From Octopus bimaculoides (Eukaryota), in contig NC_068984.1 in NCBI RefSeq assembly GCF_001194135.2, positions 11,154,910-11,218,909 on the forward strand: a stretch of DNA of 64,000 nucleotides. The letters run 5' to 3'. Under the pieces are notes generated by a model that saw only the letters and a list, made by a program, of their open reading frames with translations, did not search any database and was not told the DNA's origin. This document shows positions 40,330-53,005 of this stretch, piece by piece. Both the position numbers and the translations under genes were made by a program. Position 1 is the stretch's first letter; each line of letters opens with the position of its first letter.

Positions 40330-42824
40330 TTTATTAAGGCCAAATTCCAACCCAGGCATGACACTGCCCTTGTTTTTATGATCAAATTCCTTGTTTTAAA
40401 GTGCTCTGTATTGAATGCTTCCATCACAATTTCATGTTAATTTATGTTCCAACACCATCTTAATAATGGCAATTATTTTACTAAATTCTTCTAAGCGTAG
40501 GCAGGGTATTTTTGTTTGGAATATAGTAATGAAAAGATTGACTCTTTTCTACATATCACCCAAAACTGCAAAAAAAAAATCTTTCTGCTGTTTTTAGATG
40601 TTCACCATTTGCTTAAATCTAAAATCATCAAAGACTATATTCCACCACGAGGATGACTGTGACTGGAACACTGATAAATAATTAGTTAATTAATTTGAGC
40701 TTGTTTGACCAAACTGGACAGGAATTAATCAGCAGTGACAACCACAATTAGTACAAGACATTTACCCAAAGTGGAACACAGTGGTATCGAATCTGAAACT
40801 ACATAGTTGCAAAGCAAGCTTCTTAACCACACAGCCAAGCCTGCACCTATAAATATTTACCTGAAGATGATTTCAATTAATGCAATCAGTTCATTTTCTT
40901 CGTAATCAATCATTGACCGCGAGTTCAGCAATGCTAACAAACAGCTGCCTTAGACTTCAAGGGAGGTAATCCACTGTCTCAAACTTTTATGTATTTATGT
41001 ACCTTGATATTGATTTAGCTCATTGTTATTTCAAATTCACTGATCTCTAAGCTTACTATTTTAAATCGAGATGGAAATGGGATTTCCTCCATTGAAAAAA
41101 ATTCAGGATTCCAGTTGGGAAATTCTTTATAAGTTCAGAAATTCCTTATTGTTATTTTGCACTGTTTGTGTCAGATTTATTTTCGTTTAATGTTGGCTTC
41201 AAGGATGATACTTATATTAATCAAATATGTCATAAGCTGATGTAATTGACTCACTCTCCACCAAAATTTCAGGCTTTGTGCTTCAAATAGAAAGGATTAT
41301 TATTATCACTGTTGTTGCTGTCAGCTTCAGTGTTCAATTGATGCTTATTTTATCAACCCTGAAAGGATGAAAGGCAAAGTCCACCTTGGTGGAAGTTGAA
41401 CTCAGAATATTAAGACAGACGAAACGCTGCTACGCATTTTGTCTGGCATGCTAACGACTCTGCCAGCTTATCACCTTAATAGTAATAGTAACAAATTTAT
41501 TGTATACAATGCTCAAGTTCATTACAACCTGTCAGAAAAGAGTTAAAGAGCAGACAAAAAGCAGCAATAAAGAAATAAAGACAAGCAATGAAGGCTAGAA
41601 GTATATGTACAGTACACAGGAATAAAGACAAAAAAGTGAGCAGTAAAATAGTCATAAAGAGGAAAGGGTGCTTAGGCAGATAGGAGTAGCGTTGGTGAAT
41701 TTTGGGAAGGACAGAATCTTTGAAGGATGGAGTGTCCTGATAGCTACAAACAATGGAGTTAGTTTCTTTCATGCTTTGATAATCCTGAGCAAAAAATAAT
41801 TTACTCTACCCAAATAATGAAGATAAATATTTACAGTTTAAAATAATAATAACCTATTCATGAGTTACAATCACCCAGTTTGTATGGGTGTTGCCATGAC
41901 ATTCCATGTTGTGGAGTTCATCTATCGCCATGTTTGAACTTAGCTGATTTTGTTCTGGAGATGGACAGAGAGTGAAGAATTGACCTCAGTACTAGAACTT
42001 GAAAATATGAATAGAAAAGTTGACCTTGGTGTGATTTGAACTCAGAGAGCCAGTGAACAATACCACAAGGTTTTCATTGTATCCAAAACTCAAAGAATTC
42101 TGCCAACTCACTACATATATTAAATGATTGAGATATAAATCTCCGGTTGGACAGAATTCAAGTTCTTTACATAAGAGGTTTGATGCCTATTCTAAGACGG
42201 ATAGAATTCTCTTGCCAAGAAATAATAAAATCTTTGAAGTTGACTGAGAAAAGCTATCGTATTCACAAAGTCATTTTGTCTCTACTTGAAATATTTATAG
42301 AACATTACATCTGGTTAAAGACTTGGACAGTAATATATTGTAGATTGTATGGGGAAAATATTGATACAATATGATTGTATTAACAGAGATATGTGTAGAG
42401 ATTAAAGACATAATGCAGACCGAGAAAAAAATGCTGCTGGTTAAAAGAATGTATGTGGAATTATGATAATGGTTATAGTAGAGATAGATTTTGTTACCAC
42501 ATATATTTCTGTTGAAATAACACTGCTTTTGTTTCAGTTAATTCTGGACTAGACCTGAAACAGAGAGCGCATCTCACTGATGAGGTCACAATAGCAAAAA
42601 AAGGACCTTGTCAAACCTAAGGGATTGATTGATTGACTGAACAATTAATCAAACAATCAATTAGTTAACTAACTAAATGGTTTATCAATTGATAAATAAG
42701 GAAGAAGTGACGTAGAATCAGTGCATGTGTTTATTATTCACATAATGACCCTCCGAAGATGCAACAAAATATTGGGAAAATATATTGGTAAAAATATGTT
42801 GGTAATATATATTGGTAGAATATA

Positions 42825-43075
42825 TTGGGTTAGTGCATAATTATTGTGGCTTTTTTTCAACAAATTTTATTCAACAAAAACAATAACAACATGTAACAAA
42901 AACATCTTTAAATGATTATTCTGGAGCATATTCACCATCTACTTCAATTACTGCTTCCTGTTTGCTTGGCAGATGGTCAAACCGTCATTTAAAGATGTTT
43001 TTTGTTAAATATTGTTATTGTTTTTGTTGAATAACATTTGTTGAAAAAAAGCCACAAAATTATGCACCAACCCAA
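42825..43075. mobile_element. Mariner-type MITE, about 90-bp TIRs, TA TSD
   Basis: TA-TTGGGTTAGTGCATAATT ... AATTATGCACCAACCCAA-TA; the terminus resembles mariner/MADE1 TTAGGTTGGTGCAAAAGT. Confidence 0.85.
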
Positions 43076-43140
43076 TATTAGATGAATGTGTCTTTGATAC
43101 TGAATATATGGAATAAATTTATGTTGTTTTTATCTATCAG

Positions 43141-43181
43141 GAATTTCGTCTCCTGGGAAAACCCGAAAATCAGCAAAATTG
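43141..43181 (+). CDS. MAGI: Probable MAGI microexon: (G)ISSPGKTRKSAKL
   Basis: Acceptor gttgtttttatctatcag, donor TTG|gtaagt; 41 nt, phase 1 to 0; with the next exon it bridges PDZ2 to the large exon in frame. Confidence 0.75.
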
Positions 43182-43969
43182 GTAAGTTCTCAAAGACTTT
43201 TATTTAAATAAGTTCTGATAAAACTGATGTAAATTTTCTAAAGAAATCTTAACAAAATATGATATGTTGTGGGATTGTCTTTCACTTTCAAAGTAAGTCA
43301 ATGCATAACTCTATTGCAATGCTTTAAGTACTCTAATATACCTGTACTCCAACACTTCTTGGAGTACAGGTGTTATTGTATCCCTTTATGCCAAAGATGC
43401 TGTAAATGATTTTAAAAAATGCCTATTCAATTTCTTTTTATAGAACTCAAAACCTACTGAATCTATTTATTGATCATAATTGCATTTTTTTAACAAAAAT
43501 TAATGTGCTCTTTATTTTTTATTGTTACATTTTAGAATATCTTTAAGATTCTTGATCAGATAAAAAGATAATTAAGGCAGAAAAAGTCAAATTTCTAGTA
43601 GAAGAGAAAATGATATCCACTTTAAGACATTCTTTTTATCATCACCATCATTTAATGTCCGCTGTCCATGCTGGCATGGGTTGGACAGTTTGACCAGAGC
43701 TGGCAACTTAGGAAGCTGCACCAGATTCCAGTCTGATTTAGTAGGGTTTCTACAGCTGGATGCCCTTCCTAACGCCAACCACTTTTACAGGATATGCTTT
43801 TACGTGGCACTGCAATGGGCATTTTTAAATTTACTAATCTGGTTCAAGTTTTTATATGAGGGGATTAATTCAATTTCGGTTTTATTTTCTCTTTGCTTTT
43901 ATTTTTTTTATATTTGTTTATTTATCTGAATCTGTTTCATTGAAAGTAATATTTATTTTCCAAATGTAG

Positions 43970-44066
43970 ATAAAATCTAATAGTGAAGGAAGCCGGCCAA
44001 AAAATCCGCCAGAAAACAATGTGCCTGGGGCTTATTTCTTCAACAGTAGTCAAGAACAGGTGTCTG
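43970..44066 (+). CDS. MAGI: Probable MAGI exon: IKSNSEGSRPKNPPENNVPGAYFFNSSQEQVS(D)
   Basis: Acceptor ttattttccaaatgtag, donor CTG|gtaagt; 97 nt, phase 0 to 1, open. Confidence 0.75.
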
Positions 44067-44814
44067 GTAAGTAATGTGATACCTTATTGTACATTTTTAT
44101 TGTGGAATTGTTTTGTTCTGTTTTTATTTCCTGTTTTCTTTTCTTTTGTTTGTTTGCTTTGTGGGGGGGGGGGTTGTTTTGTTTTGGATTTTAAGAATAT
44201 CACAACTGCCATTTCCTCTTTCATTAAATTGTAGGTTTTTAATAATTAGAGATAAATAGACAATGTCCCTGGCCCTCTGGTCCTCATGCATTAGTGCTAC
44301 CAGTGTGTGGACCTCAGCGAGTCCAGTTTGTAGCCATCATATAAAAGTAAGGTTCAATGTGATTAACATTCAACTTCTATGTCTGTAGATCAACATTTGT
44401 AGGAAAAATTTGTGCAAAGATGGTATTCCAGAGAGTTGTTGTGAATAAGAATGTAAGAGGTAAAATTGGTTGGCACTGGAAGGGTGCCACACAATCCCTT
44501 ACATAAATGTTAGAGGAAAATATTGGAACAAGAAAACATCCGAACATAAAAGCAATCCTTTTATTTTGTATGTACAAAATTTACACCTTGGGACAATCTG
44601 TAGCCAGTTCTGGTGTGGAAGTAGCAAAGCTGGAGTTAGTCATACTTTGTGAAGGCATTCTTCACAGAAATCCAGCTACAATGAGCTGGTCAAATACTGA
44701 GCATCTCAGGTCAGCAGCAGAGGCGAACAGAGAGCTGCTGAGGACATGTCTGCATAGTTCAGTAGCTGCATCTTGAGTCTGAGATACAAGAGAACCTTGC
44801 TGCTGCTGGTTTTC

Positions 44815-44920
44815 TGCGCATGCGCATGAGGGAACTTCCGGCAGGCCTTCCAGAAGATTCCAACCCTGTGCATGCATGCTGGAGACCCTCAAAATGACGT
44901 CACTACAAGAATGATTGGCC
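44815..44920. promoter_or_regulatory. Candidate intragenic promoter (NRF-1, ETS, CRE and NF-Y motifs)
   Basis: TGCGCATGCGCA 44815-44826; ACTTCCGG 44834-44841; TGACGTCA 44895-44902; TGATTGGCC 44912-44920; second CTGATTGG 45038-45045. Motif match only. Confidence 0.5.
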
Positions 44921-45173
44921 AAAAGATGTATCGTTTTATGTTAGTGGAAGGTCAAAAGTCAGATCAAGGAAGGTTGGATGGGGGTGTACAGATTTTAGTG
45001 CAGAGGAAGAATAATAAATCAGAACATTGATTATTAGCTGATTGGGTAACTTTCCAATGTATTACAATTGGGCCCAGGCTAATCTGGTCACAAGACTCTA
45101 CTTGAAAACTATTTCGTCTGGTGTTTCTGATAATTGGTGGTACTATACAAATGAATAAGCAGATGGAAGCAGC

Positions 45174-45209
<36 letters not shown>

Positions 45210-45219
45210 NNNNNNNNNN

Positions 45220-45256
<37 letters not shown>

Positions 45257-47526
45257 CTGTTGATGCTATTGAAATTCGAATGAAGGAACCTTGGTTCTAG
45301 TATAGAAACCAGCTCTTTCACTATTGGTCACAAATCTTGAAATATAACTGAATAATGACATGCATACATTGTTTCCGTCTACTAAATCCATTCACAAGGT
45401 TTTGGTCAGCCTGGGGCTATCGTAGTAAACACTCGCCCAGAGTGCCATGCAGGAGAACTGAACCTAAAATCTTATGATTGAGAATCAATCTTCTTAATGA
45501 CACAACCATTTACCATCAGCCATGCCTGTCCCTTATATACTTTGTAATTAATGGAAAAAGAGTTGTAATTTATCAATTTAACTCTAACATATTAATGAAG
45601 ATAATTTCATTAAATGTGGTTTGATAAACAATTAGGTGCGATTCAAATTGAATTTACTTATACATGCATCAGATATAGATTATAGAGGGTTAGGGCAATG
45701 GCCAGGTGGATACAGTATTGGTCCACTTGCTCATGGATCATGTTGCCATATCTGTTGTCCAACTTGTCTGGAATATGTATGTGCAGATTATTTATAAATG
45801 TTTTGTGGTAACCTAAAATCCTGTTTTAAGAAATATTTATTTCTCATCTGCTTAACATCATGACAATGAATCTAAGTACTGACTCTTTGAAAATCTTGAT
45901 GTCTATTTAATTACATGATATTGATTGATAGTATCTGATGAGAAAGCCAAGGAATTGCTTACGTTAACATAATTATAATCTTTATGAGGACATTGGCTTT
46001 TTGGATGGAGCATCTGGTAGTAATAGATAAACCAAGTTAAGAATTACAAGTTTTATTGTGACATACTACATTATGATTGTGAGGTTAAAGTTGTAAACCC
46101 ATTGATCAAGTGCCTAGACTATTGACCAAAGTCTTAGAATACTAATCTCCTTAGCAATACATGTGATTCTACTTTACCTTACTTGGAATACTCTATGAGA
46201 TTTTTATCTTCATGTTTGCAATCCAAAATTGAAGAATATTTTAAAATTGTTCATCAAATCAGAAATACCAGAAGGTTTAACTGAGTTAAAAGGAAATGGT
46301 ATTCTGGTATAAGAAGTTTCTGTAATAGACAAAGAATTAGAGAGTCATTTTAAGTAAACTATATGTTGGCGATATATCACATCTCTGTTTTTGTGAAGAA
46401 TTATAGCTTGTGTTATAAAGTCCAGAAATTTCTAGAAAGGCACTTCCTTCCAGATCTTTCTTAGTCAACTATCCCTGACTTGAGCCAGTGGGTCCTCTGC
46501 AAGAGTGCTCAATCTACCAAAATAGCAACCAAATCTCCATTAAATCACATCCTACCATCTTAAAAGATCAGACCAATTTGACAATGTGTTTCTAAACATG
46601 TCACCTTCTTCTCTTCCAAGGCACATCATTTCTCTGTTGAGCTTCCTGTTAGTCATGAGTCCTTTTATTCCAATAGCTTCTTTCCTCAAAATGCTGTTCT
46701 CTGCAACTCACTGCCATAATCTTATTTCCCTCTGGTATATGATAATTTAGTCCTTTAAGTTTTCTGTCAATCAACATCTTTTGAATATGTAGTCCCCTTC
46801 TTTTCACTTTTTGTAGTCCCTTACACTACATTGACCTCAAGTCTTGTTTGGGACAAAATCATATTTAAAAAAAAAAAGGCAAAAAGAAAAGCAGATTGGT
46901 CATTGCCAGAATGCCGAAATCATAGGTTTGCTCAATTGTGGTTCATTTAAAGTTAAAACAGCAACAAGAGATCTTAACGTTTTATTAAGCAGTTATCTCC
47001 TCATCCAATCACAGCACATGGTTATATAACCTTAACCCCCCCGCCATCTCTGTCTTGTATATATTCACCTCTATGTTTCTTACATATCCACTTTCTCAGC
47101 TCTCTTCTCTGCAGACTTTCATCTAAATTAACATTTCTCTTCCTATTCAGTTTATTCCCCTGTTCATATCAGAAATAAAGAAACACAGCCGACAAGTTGC
47201 TGTTTTCTTTCAATACCTCTGTGCTCTTGATTTTATTTTATTTTTGTATCTTTATCTTATATTGTTTTGTTTTTTTTGTTGTTTTTTTTTAATATTTATG
47301 GTTAGAGAGTAACTTTCCCTTTTCGGAAATATCTTCTACTGATATTTGAAACCTAAGAATTTGTAATTAAGGCTGTAGCTTAATTGTAGTTGTTTGATCA
47401 TTGTAATTATACGAGTAGATGAGGAAACAGACTAAGTTATAAAGATGGAGTGAAGGTAATATATTAAAATAGCTAGGGCCTCTTTGCGTTCTTGTTTTCT
47501 TTCTCTCTGCTCCTCTCCACCCCTCC

Positions 47527-47565
<39 letters not shown>

Positions 47566-47745
47566 TGTATATACACATACACATTAGAAACCAGTCTGCT
47601 TTCACCAGATTTTTGAATGAAATCTTCCCCCAACTACCACCCAAACACAACATGCATGCATATATTTATTAGTGAGCATGTACTTATGCTTATGTGTGTG
47701 TTTGTGGAAGTACACAGATACATGCGTGCGCATGTGTGTGTGTGT

Positions 47746-47831
<86 letters not shown>

Positions 47832-48866
47832 AGGTGTGGAAAGTCCTTGAGAATATAGGTTAGCAATAGGGAACCAAATGTAAACAATAGTGTTTGTTTT
47901 ATGTTTATTAGTAACAACAACAACAACAATCCTAATAACTCTAAACATTTTCTAGGGAAGGTGAAATATAATTAGACAAAAGGCAACATGACCCTGTTGG
48001 AACCCAAAAATCAGGTGTTGCTGACATATCTTGTTACTAGAGATTCAAAGATGCTCTCAGAATGGCGGGTTGGTAGTAACAGTTAGAGAGCATGAAGCAG
48101 TTTCCTCAACAACAGCTGAGTTTAGAAAGGGGATTAGTAACGTCATGTATGGGCCATGTAGAACTTTGTATCCTTTTCTCAATGCTTTGGGTTTACCTGC
48201 TTCGTTGCAACAGCCTGATCTGCTAGTTAATTATATACATGTATGTATAAACACACACACACACATTCATACATATATTTGTATATATATATATATATGT
48301 TTCACTCTCTCTTCTCCTCTTCCTTTCACACCTGGCACTTTTCCTCGTTCTCTATGACGTTTATTTAGCACCTCCTATTTTTGTGGAAAGTATACAAGGG
48401 TATTGTGAAAATGGGATGAAAGTAAAAATCCACCTCTGAGAGGCTGAACACTTAACTTCTTCAACGATGCAGTTAGAACACACATACATACACAAACCCC
48501 GCCCTCCACAAACACACGTGCATGCACAGATCTGTTAAACTGTAGAAATCAGCAACACCAGTAACTTGACTGATCTTTTCTCCAGCTTCTGTTTGTAATT
48601 TCCCATCCATTTATCATGTTTACCGATATGTTATATTATTTCAACGTCCTTCAAAGATATGGGACTGTGAGAAACAACTGCACTTACCAACAGTACGACT
48701 GTTATATGAACAGCATTACACAATGTTAGTATATCTTTCAGACACATTTTTTTGAGGCCAAGGCACTTCATGTTTTTTTATCTCCAAACTACCACAGCCG
48801 ATAAGTACAATTTCCATCAAAGAATGTATTGCTTTAACTGTTGTTCTTGTCTCTATTGTTTTTCAG

Positions 48867-50029
48867 ACCGAGAAGATGATGATGAGGAATCTGAAGGCCA
48901 GTTAAAGAGCCCAACTGTTGATTTTCACACTCGTAAAGCACCTACCTCAAGTGATCAGCGTTCAAAGTATCTTTCTGATCACCGACCAAAGACCCCAACA
49001 AGAACAGCTGTTATGAAAACAGACAGTCGCAGTCGAACTGCTACCATTGGACGGCCGTCATTTAGCAACAATTTTTCCAAAAAGTTTGATATTCGTAAGG
49101 ATTACATGACAAATGCAGATGATAATTGGAGTTACAATGAACAGAGATCGTTTGAGCGGGAATATTACCCTAGCTATGAGTACAGTACACGTCCTCCTCC
49201 AGGACCGCGCTCTGACCCTTTCCGTCAGGACTACACTGTGTCGCGAACAGATCATAGATTTCGAACTGATATGGGAATACAGAGACAAAACACAATGCAA
49301 AGTTTTCAACAAGAATATGATCGTTCTCATCGCTATGACTACGGTACACGGACTGAAGGAATAAGGCCTGGACAGTTCCGGAGCAGGACGCCAGGACCAG
49401 AATTAATGAACCGGTCACTCTCTGGCGAATCACGCCACGAACCCAATCGTCCAAAAACTCCAACTGCTCAAGATATGAGGAGTAAAACACCTCTACCAAC
49501 AAGCAACCACAATCATACAAGTGCTTCTGATTTCCCTCTAACATCCCGTTACCAAAATGCCCCCAGTTCAACATGGGGTATGAATGGTCACAGGCAAGCT
49601 TTTGCTCATAAAGCATGGGCATATAGTAGCCTTGATCATGGCACAATCCATCCTCTACGGCGAGAGTCCTCTTTAGATAATCCAGCTTACCCCTATGAAA
49701 AAACATATTCCTCTAACAATAACTATGCCCCAAATCTTGTCGGTGGACAAGGAACTATTGGGAGTGGCACAGGGCGCCCTTCCCGACAAAGCACTTCATT
49801 CGAAAATGAAGAACCCACACCAAGCAATTTAACACGGATACCTAAACGCTATCCACCACCTTCATCTAACTCATTTCATCACCTTCCCGGCAGCCAATCC
49901 CCTCGAAGCCCAAACAGATTTCCAGAATATGATGAAGGATTACGTCACATGGAAATGCTGGTTATTCTCAGGAGACAAGAAAGTGGTTTTGGATTTAGAA
50001 TTATTGGTGGCACTGAAGAAGGATCACAG
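48867..50029 (+). CDS. MAGI: MAGI large exon: S/R/P-rich PDZ2-PDZ3 linker and start of PDZ3 (MLVILRRQESGFGFRIIGGTEEGSQ)
   Basis: Acceptor ctctattgtttttcag|AC, donor CAG|gtaaga; 1163 nt, phase 1 to 0; lies within the 429-aa ORF 48752-50041. Confidence 0.97.
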
Positions 50030-50344
50030 GTAAGACTCTAAATGAAACAAAGTACTTCTTTTTTCTTCAATACATTTATTTATTTATTTATTTATTTCTG
50101 GTGATATATTTTTAATTGAATCATTGATGAAGATTAGTGAATGTGAATTATCATTATAGCTTAATCACAAAGGCATGAAAGCCAGAAAAGCTGACTTAAT
50201 TCAAATTAAGGCTTATTTTACTTGTCTGTTTAATATCTGTTACTGAATAAATGCTAAATTTTCTATAAAAAATTTTTGTTTTTTGATAATGCAGTTGGCT
50301 GCTGCCGTTATAGGTTTCAGATTTTCACTCTGGTTTTCTACTCC

Positions 50345-50378
<34 letters not shown>

Positions 50379-50563
50379 GAACATTTCTGTCAAGATGTAA
50401 TCAATGAAAGATTGTTGTTGTATTTTGTATTATATATTAAAAAAATTGTGTAATAAATGGTTAGTTAAAACTTTTGTCTTGATATAATTGATCGTTATTG
50501 TTATGTGAGGTAAGGGGCACTTGAAGGTATAGTTTTGATTAGTTTTCTGCACCCTTTCTATCT

Positions 50564-50600
<37 letters not shown>

Positions 50601-50943
50601 CAACAAAAAAGCCTCTTGAACTGTTAGAAACAGCAGCCCAAATCCTTGAAACCATACTCTACCATCTTCAAAAAAATGGATGGACTCACTGGAAAATATT
50701 GTCTTAGATATACACAAAAAAAAAAAGAAGGAAAGGTATGTGTTTGGTCATATCTAAACTGAGACTGGTTTTGATCATAGCTGTTGCTGGATCAGAGCTG
50801 ACTCAGGGCTAAACAACAGCAACAAAAATTTTGTGTATGGCTAAGAGAGATATTCTATAGATGCCAAGGCTAACTGAAGAAGCTGGAAAACATCTTAGAA
50901 AATAGCAGTTTAGTAGAGAGATTTTGTATAAGTGTTCTCTCTC

Positions 50944-50989
<46 letters not shown>

Positions 50990-51440
50990 CATGCACAGTC
51001 ACTTAGTTCTTCAAAATAGTATTGGAGCATAAAGCATTGTAGTGCCAATTTTCTGTAAATCAAAAAGTGTCGGCAATAGAATCTATCTGTAAAAAACCAT
51101 CATGCTCTAATAAATATTTATTGTAAGCATGCTCAAAAAGACTATTAAATTACTACATATTTCTCTCTCTGTCTCTAACTCTCTTCCTGTCTCCCTGTCT
51201 CCCTCTCTATCTTTTTCTCTGTTTGTGTCTCTGGGCGTCTGACTGAGACGATGGATGTGCAAAACCTGTCTAGATGTTCATGCAATTACATGCAAGAGTG
51301 CATGTGTGTGTGTGTCTGTTTGCACATGCATTTGCATGTGTCTGTGTGCATAATCTTACAATATATATATTTGCACTTTACTGTATTTAGACGTGCATTT
51401 TATCTCTGTGCATATATGCACCTGTGAATGTCTATGTGCA

Positions 51441-51494
<54 letters not shown>

Positions 51495-51575
51495 TCTCTC
51501 GCATATATACATTTCAGTTTATGTTTATGATCCTTCATTACAAGCATATAAGTTTATTCCTGTTGGCAAACATGT

Positions 51576-51612
<37 letters not shown>

Positions 51613-51931
51613 CATGTGTATGTGTGTTATCTTTATATGAGTAATGTGTCTGTAAACAGATCAATGTTTGTGTCTGCCTAACGGCATCTAACAGTTTGTG
51701 TGTGTGTGTGTATGAATGTAACTGGCTGTCATTTTGTCAGGTTGGTTACATGCATGTCTCTCCCCCCCCCTCTCTCTCTCAGTTCACATGGATTTCTCTT
51801 ATAGTCACTCTTTACTCTGTAGATGTAGTCCTTGATAAAGATTCCAGAGTTTAAGATCAAATCATTTGAGCACTACTACATCTTTTGTATATTGAGCACC
51901 TCTAGCTCCTTGACTGTATGCATGTATGTAT

Positions 51932-52260
51932 CATCATCATTTAGCATCCGTTGTCCATGCTGGCATGGGTTGGACAGTTCGACTGGGCTGGCACGCTGGA
52001 AGGCTGCACCAGACTTCAGTCTGATCTGGCATGGATTTCTACAGCTGGATGCCCTTCCTAACGCCAACCACTCCGAGAGTGTAGTGGGTGCTTTTTACGT
52101 GCCACCGGCACAGGGGCCAGAGGGGGCTGGCAACGACCATGATCAGCTGGTGCTTTTTATGTGCCACAGGCATGGAAGCCAATCAAGGCGGCGCTGTTAT
52201 CAGTCACATTCGGATGGTGCATTTTATGTGCCACCGGCATGGGAATCACAACTACAATTG
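51932..52260 (-). mobile_element. RTE LINE 3' UTR copy with about 3 array units
   Basis: Family 3' end in reverse plus GTGCTTTTTAYGTGCCAC units. Further diverged copies at about 23040-23215(+), 24066-24360(-), 35930-36100(+), 43640-43810(-), 53200-53420(+), 56830-57090(+). Confidence 0.75.
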
Positions 52261-52333
<73 letters not shown>

Positions 52334-52787
52334 AGGTCTGTTTTCCATGCTATACACACACACACACACACACACAACTGCCTGTGTAGTTTTATGACAG
52401 TTCATTAAACTGAAAGATTGCTCGATACTTTTGAGAAGAGTACATATTTATTTATGTTTACAAGGAAAAGGTTAGCAGTGACTTCAAAGTTTTGGTTCTA
52501 AACTCTTCAATCCTTTTGTTACTACTTTTGTATTGGTTTTAATTACTTAGCTTTGAAACTTTATCAATATTAGTCTGGTGTTTGGAACATAAATTAACAT
52601 GAAATTTTGATGAAAAATATTATTTTCAATTGCTTTGAAATAGGAAGTTTCTATTGTAGAGCCAGGGATGGTTTTAGATGGGTTGGTATTAGAAAGATTA
52701 AATAAGTTGCTTCAAATGTAGATGAAGAAATATTGATAATTGTTTTTAAAATTTGCAATTCATTGAAAAGATAGGATTTAAGTAAAA

Positions 52788-53005
52788 TTAACCCTATTTC
52801 TGTTGAGATACTCTGAGTTTCTTTCAATTAATTTTAAATACAACAAAGAATTTAGTAAATAACTTAGTTATCATTAAGCTAGTGTTAGGAACATAAATTG
52901 TGACAGAGGTTTGGTGGAAGATTTTAATTCAAAACTTATGAAAACAAGACATTGCTACTGCAGAGCCAAAGCTAGTTTCAGCCAGGCTGGCAATGAAAGG
53001 GTTAA
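52788..53005. mobile_element. piggyBac-like MITE with TTAA TSD
   Basis: TTAA-CCCT ... AAAGGG-TTAA; diverged relatives at about 2490-2679, 15400-15607, 40270-40540, 52500-52702. Confidence 0.75.

Noticed and set aside
44507-44922. ORFs 44507-44776(+) and 44662-44922(-) as an extra MAGI exon or nested gene
   Set aside because: No phase-1 donor that rejoins 48867 and no recognisable protein motif; kept only as context for the promoter candidate
49058-49706. Antisense ORFs of 90 and 178 aa
   Set aside because: Shadows of the real MAGI exon; no recognisable motif
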